From an uncultured virus (IMG/VR IMGVR_UViG_3300028630_000295) (Duplodnaviria; Heunggongvirae; Uroviricota; Caudoviricetes): 20,000 nucleotides of DNA. Both the position numbers and the translations under genes were made by a program. Shown here piece by piece: positions 15,894-20,000 of this stretch (within the stretch, counting starts at the first letter, position 1; each line of letters starts with the position of its first letter). The notes under the pieces are model-generated. The model saw only the letters and a program-made list of their open reading frames with translations. It did no database searches and had not been told where the DNA came from. The stretch is from IMG/VR virus record IMGVR_UViG_3300028630_000295. The stretch is one strand, 5' to 3'.

Positions 15894-18341
15894 GCAAACA
15901 AAAAATTGAATAATGAGTTATTGAAAAGTTTGTCTATTGCAAAAAGTGAAAAAGATGTAGAAAATGCATATAGACATATGATGAGTCATTATTTTCCGGC
16001 ATCTACTACTTCTCCAAACAAAGTTGATGGATTTACAGAATCAGGAAAAATTAAGTTATTAATGGAGTTTAAATATAAATCTAATCTTAAAGACAAGTTA
16101 ACTAAGGCAGAGATTTTAGTTCAATTAATTTATTACTTAAAGCGTTTGGAGAAAAGTGGAGTTGCAGCAAATGTTATATTTTCTGGTGATATAGATGAAT
16201 GTTTCTGTATGAGTACAGGACCATTATATAAATACTTATCTAAAAATTTAGATTGGTCTATTGCTCCATCTAGTGCTTCATCTAAAAATCCAGAACTTAT
16301 ATCGGAAATAGTAAATGATAAAGAAATAGCACCATTTATATATGACATAAATAAGAATATTAATTCAGATCAAATAGCAGAAAAGATAAAATTTATCTCA
16401 GAGGGAAAATCATTTTCAATTGGTATTACAAAACATAATATAGTTCCAATCTTTAAATATTTTCAAGATCATGTAGTAACAGATAAGTTTTTATCTGAAA
16501 AAGATGAAATTAGAAAAATATCTAGAGCAGCTGATTTATTTATTTCTTGTTTAACTGATTCAGAAAATACCTTCTTGCATCCAAATAAACAGAATATTTT
16601 AAGATGTAGAGGGGAATCAATTAAGGTTAATGCAAACTTATATATCTCCTTCTTTAGTCATTTCAAGCAGGATTATACAGTTGAAGAATTGAGAGATTTA
16701 ACATCATGTAAAGATAGAATTATAGAAGAAATATATAGGAGAAGAACTGGTGCATTTTTTACTCCTACAATTTGGGTTGATGAAGCACATAAAATGATGG
16801 CAGAATCTCTTGGACCAAATTGGTATGACGAGTATGTAGTTTGGGATTGTGCAGCAGGAACAGCACAATTAACTAGAGATTATAATTTTAAAGAATTGTA
16901 TATCAGCACGCTTGAAAAAGGGGATATAGATATTATTAGAGATATGGAATATAATCGAGGAGCAACAATTTTTCAATACGACTTTTTAAGTGAAGTTGGG
17001 ATTGAAAAAGTTCCTGTTTCTTTAAGAAAATTATTTGAAGAAAAGAAGAAGATTTTATTTTTAATTAATCCTCCATATGGGAAAGCAGCAGGAAAAGGGG
17101 AGATTTATAAAAGTACAGAAAAAGGTAGTAGCAATAATATAGTTAATGATGTTATGAAATCTGAAAATTATGGAAATGCATCACCACATTTATATTTTCA
17201 GTTTATTTTTAAAATAATGAAATTAATAGAATATTATAAAAATGATGTTATAATATGTACTTTTGCACCTCCTGTTTTTATGACTGGACCATCATTTAAA
17301 AAAGCAAGAGAGAAATTTTATAATATTTTTTCATTTGAAAATGGTTTTATTTTTCAAGCATCTGAATTTTCAAACGTTAATGGAAGATGGGGAATAAGTT
17401 TTACAGTATGGAAACCAGGAAAAAATAAAAAGGAAATAGTAGTTTCATGCAGAAAAATAGAAGATTTTGAAGTTAAAGAAATAGGAAAGAAGAACTTATA
17501 TAGTACAGATAATGAAGAAGCATGTAATACATGGGTAAGAAGAGAAATTAATGGACTTAAAACTTCAGACGAACCAAAATTGTCATCAGCAATAAAGGTT
17601 GTTGAAAATGAACAAAATTCTAGAAAATTGTGTAATAGTATTGGTTCTATGTATAGTGTAGCAAACAATGTAGATAGTAATATGCAATCTGTAGCTTTAT
17701 TCTCTTCGTCATATTCTAATTCACAAAATGCTTTTCCCATAGTTCCAGAAAATTTTTATAAAGCTATAGCATTACTTGCAGCTAGAACTATAGAATCTAA
17801 TTGGATTAACTGGACAGATGAATATATAAAACCATCAGATGAAATTTTAAATTCGGATAAATATAAACAGTGGAATAATGATGCTATTATTCTTTCTATT
17901 CCTACAGAAGTATCTTCTCTTAGACAAATTCTTTACAAAAAACAAAAATGGAATATCTTCAACCATTTCTTCTTTATGTCAAATAAAGAAATGATGGAAC
18001 TAGCAAATAAATATAAATTTCCTGAGATGTATGAAGATGCTAGAAAATTTAATGAAGACAGATACGTTTATAAATTATTAGAATCAGTTAATCTTTCTCC
18101 AGATGCAAAACAAGTTCTAGAATATGCTAGAGAAATGATTAGAAAATCAATTGAATTAAGGAAAATTTGGCATGAAGAAAATCCAGAATATCATCTAGAT
18201 GCTTGGGATGCTGGATATGCACAACATAGAGAACTATGGAAAAAACATTTTAAGAAAGAATTTGATGTATTTAAAGAATTATATAAATCGTTTGGAGATA
18301 GGATGCGAGAAGGAGTTTATAAGTTTGGATTCCTAAAATAA
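15891..18341 (+). CDS. Fused restriction-modification-like protein (Type IIG/IIC architecture): N-terminal PD-(D/E)XK nuclease, gamma-class N6-adenine methyltransferase, C-terminal specificity region
   Basis: SEKDVE...KVDGF...LLMEFK nuclease motif; RRRTGAFFTP (motif X); VVWDCAAGTAQL (motif I, variant); FLINPPY (motif IV); ASEF..V (motif VIII). Confidence 0.85.
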   Translation: MANKKLNNELLKSLSIAKSEKDVENAYRHMMSHYFPASTTSPNKVDGFTESGKIKLLMEFKYKSNLKDKLTKAEILVQLIYYLKRLEKSGVAANVIFSGDIDECFCMSTGPLYKYLSKNLDWSIAPSSASSKNPELISEIVNDKEIAPFIYDINKNINSDQIAEKIKFISEGKSFSIGITKHNIVPIFKYFQDHVVTDKFLSEKDEIRKISRAADLFISCLTDSENTFLHPNKQNILRCRGESIKVNANLYISFFSHFKQDYTVEELRDLTSCKDRIIEEIYRRRTGAFFTPTIWVDEAHKMMAESLGPNWYDEYVVWDCAAGTAQLTRDYNFKELYISTLEKGDIDIIRDMEYNRGATIFQYDFLSEVGIEKVPVSLRKLFEEKKKILFLINPPYGKAAGKGEIYKSTEKGSSNNIVNDVMKSENYGNASPHLYFQFIFKIMKLIEYYKNDVIICTFAPPVFMTGPSFKKAREKFYNIFSFENGFIFQASEFSNVNGRWGISFTVWKPGKNKKEIVVSCRKIEDFEVKEIGKKNLYSTDNEEACNTWVRREINGLKTSDEPKLSSAIKVVENEQNSRKLCNSIGSMYSVANNVDSNMQSVALFSSSYSNSQNAFPIVPENFYKAIALLAARTIESNWINWTDEYIKPSDEILNSDKYKQWNNDAIILSIPTEVSSLRQILYKKQKWNIFNHFFFMSNKEMMELANKYKFPEMYEDARKFNEDRYVYKLLESVNLSPDAKQVLEYAREMIRKSIELRKIWHEENPEYHLDAWDAGYAQHRELWKKHFKKEFDVFKELYKSFGDRMREGVYKFGFLK

Positions 18342-18366
18342 ATACAGAAAAGGAGAATTACGAACA

Positions 18367-18576
18367 ATGGAAAATGCATGCATCATCGCCCATGATGGAA
18401 AAGTTAATCTTAGTGAATTCTTGACAACTAAGAGTGATTGTATTGATTTGAAAAATCAGTATATTAGAAAGATGATGGAAACTGATTTCACGAAAGAACC
18501 TGAAGAAATTTCAGCGGTTCCAGAATCAGTAAAGTTGTTGAACTCATATTTAACCGTAATTGGAATTAAGAGATGA
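18367..18576 (+). CDS. Stand-alone duplicate of the RNAP beta C-terminal 69 aa (displaced gene end or expressed mini-protein)
   Basis: MENACIIAHD...TVIGIKR versus METACLIGHD...TVIGIKR in rpoB. Intact frame, begins at the Met of the GEME motif, AAGGAG 11 nt upstream. Expression is unproven. Confidence 0.8.
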   Translation: MENACIIAHDGKVNLSEFLTTKSDCIDLKNQYIRKMMETDFTKEPEEISAVPESVKLLNSYLTVIGIKR

Positions 18577-18588
18577 GAATGTAACTAA

Positions 18589-18614
18589 AGGGGGTAGAGA
18601 TGGGTCTACCCCCT
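18589..18614. terminator. Stem-loop AGGGGGTAGA-N6-TCTACCCCCT, second copy
   Basis: Stem identical to 15843-15870 with a different loop (GATGGG). Confidence 0.7.
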
Positions 18615-18634
18615 CAAAGAAAGGAGATGTGTAG

Positions 18635-20000
18635 ATGTTTGAATTACAAACTAAATCATTAAATTTAGCTGATTGTTTAGATATATTAATTGAGTTATAT
18701 AGATCAGGAAAACGAGAATTTATTGATCTTATTTATATTGATCCTCCGTTCAATAGTGATAAAAATTATAATATTCCCTTTGAAGGAGGAGAATTATCAG
18801 AAAAAGCATTTGTTGATACATGGTCAAGAGTAGCTTATCATGACCAACTAGATATGATTTCTAAAATATCACCAGATTTATATAAGTTTCTTGTATCTTT
18901 AGAGAAGACGAGTATTAAAAGATCATATATCACCTACTTGACAGTTATGGGAATTAGAGTTTTCTTTATGAGAGAAATGTTAAAACCAACAGGAACATTC
19001 TACTATCATTGTGATCCTACTGCAAGTCATTATATTAAAATGATACTGGATCAGATTTTTGGAATGGATAATTTTAGAAATGAAATTGTTTGGTGTTATA
19101 CTGGACCATCTAATATACAAAAAAATTTTCCAAGAAAACATGATGTAATTTTAAGATACAGTAAAACAAATATTTTCACTTTTAACTTTAATTCAGTTAG
19201 AATTCCATATAAAGGATTAGCAGCACAGGGACCAAGTAGAAGATGGCATGATGATGAAGAAGAACGAATAAAAGAATCCTTGGAAAAAGGAAAAATAGTT
19301 GAAGATTATTGGACAGATATTACATTAGCTATAAGATCAACAATAGAAAATTTGGGATATCCAACTCAAAAACCAGAGAAACTTTTAGAACGAATTATTT
19401 TAGCTTCTTCTAATCCTGGAGATCTGGTTGCAGACTTCTATCTGGGTGGTGGAACTACAATTGCTGTAGCTGAGAAACTAGATAGGCAATGGATTGGTGT
19501 AGATATTAATCCAAGAGCAATTGAGATTTCTGAACAAAGAATAAAGGATCTTGGAAAACAACTAAAAAAAGATTTTATAGTGAGTGGTATTCCAAAATCT
19601 TCTAAAGAGTTGAGAAAATTAATAGAAGATAATGTATATGGTAAAGATAAAAATAGTAAATTTGCTTTAGAAGATATTGTATGTAAATATTATTTAAAGA
19701 ATGTAGTAGGAAATGAGAAAAAAGTTGGAGATGACTCAATTGATGGAAGATTCACTTTTGATTTTAAAAATGAGAAACATTCAGGAATTGTTCAAGTTAC
19801 TACTAGTGGAAATAAAACACATCTAAAAAATTCTTGTGCAGTTATGGATTTAGAAGGACATTCAATGCTAGTATATGTTACATTTGAAGATAAAATAACT
19901 GATCCATTAATTGATCTGGCTAAAAGATATAAGAAAATTGGTGGGGTGGATAGAGTTCAATTATTAAGTCTAGAAGACTTGATTGATAAGGGAAAACAAT
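18635..20000 (+). CDS. Beta-class N6-adenine/N4-cytosine DNA methyltransferase with C-terminal Mrr-like domain, 3'-truncated by the window (absent from the ORF track)
   Basis: Hand translation from ATG 18635 (AAGGAG RBS): IDLIYIDPPFNS, LKPTGTFYYHCD..ASHYIK..LD.IFG..NFRNEIVWCY, GYPTQKPEKLLERII.ASSNPGDLVADFYLGGGTT, WIGVDI, then GDDSIDGRF...GIVQVT. No stop seen before 20000. Confidence 0.92.
   Translation, partial: MFELQTKSLNLADCLDILIELYRSGKREFIDLIYIDPPFNSDKNYNIPFEGGELSEKAFVDTWSRVAYHDQLDMISKISPDLYKFLVSLEKTSIKRSYITYLTVMGIRVFFMREMLKPTGTFYYHCDPTASHYIKMILDQIFGMDNFRNEIVWCYTGPSNIQKNFPRKHDVILRYSKTNIFTFNFNSVRIPYKGLAAQGPSRRWHDDEEERIKESLEKGKIVEDYWTDITLAIRSTIENLGYPTQKPEKLLERIILASSNPGDLVADFYLGGGTTIAVAEKLDRQWIGVDINPRAIEISEQRIKDLGKQLKKDFIVSGIPKSSKELRKLIEDNVYGKDKNSKFALEDIVCKYYLKNVVGNEKKVGDDSIDGRFTFDFKNEKHSGIVQVTTSGNKTHLKNSCAVMDLEGHSMLVYVTFEDKITDPLIDLAKRYKKIGGVDRVQLLSLEDLIDKGKQ

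Larger units (their letters stand above)
18367..18637 (+). repeat. Direct repeat copy 2: rpoB 3' end, hairpin, RBS and start codon
   Basis: Counterpart of 15628-15893. Confidence 0.95.

Noticed and set aside
2052..17740. Minus-strand ORFs in the track (2052-2258, 5651-5884, 5661-5846, 5903-6118, 9711-9929, 10573-10788, 12231-12476, 13617-13853, 14686-14886, 14841-15059, 16133-16348, 17354-17740)
   Set aside because: All are short, lie antisense to well-supported + strand genes and show no recognisable motifs. Treated as shadow ORFs.
18367..18614. Duplicate rpoB end as an assembly artefact
   Set aside because: The copies differ at 12 residues and about half of the shared codons and have different hairpin loops. 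An artefact would be near-identical.
15843..18614. Hairpins as integron attC sites or CRISPR repeats
   Set aside because: No RYYYAAC/GTTRRRY ends, only two copies 2.7 kb apart, and no integrase or cas gene in the window.
1..20000. Alternative genetic code (stop-codon reassignment, as in some large phages)
   Set aside because: Genes are full length under the standard code, and TAA, TAG and TGA all end genes immediately before the next RBS or start.

Overview
AT-rich, densely packed window with every credible gene on the + strand, frequent AGGAG-type ribosome-binding sites and overlapping start/stop codons. It most likely comes from a jumbo phage or another very large mobile element, not a cellular chromosome. 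Left to right it holds: the end of a radical-SAM/SPASM gene; a free-standing zinc-finger/Vsr-like endonuclease; small phage-type ORFs; a complete prokaryotic ubiquitin-like conjugation operon (giant E2-D fusion, JAB peptidase, E1/ThiF, and a Rho-N-like domain fused to a Ubl ending GRKG); a GC-rich structured RNA ahead of a PC4-like gene; a second divergent E1-like gene next to a small HPN-x8-C (E2-like) ORF; and a compact bacterial-type RNA polymerase in inverted order (beta' then beta). After these comes an unusual arrangement. A fused restriction-modification-like gene sits between two synonymously diverged copies of the last 69 codons of beta, each followed by the same hairpin and an RBS, and a second methyltransferase gene follows. 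All family calls come from motif recognition by eye. No database searches were run.
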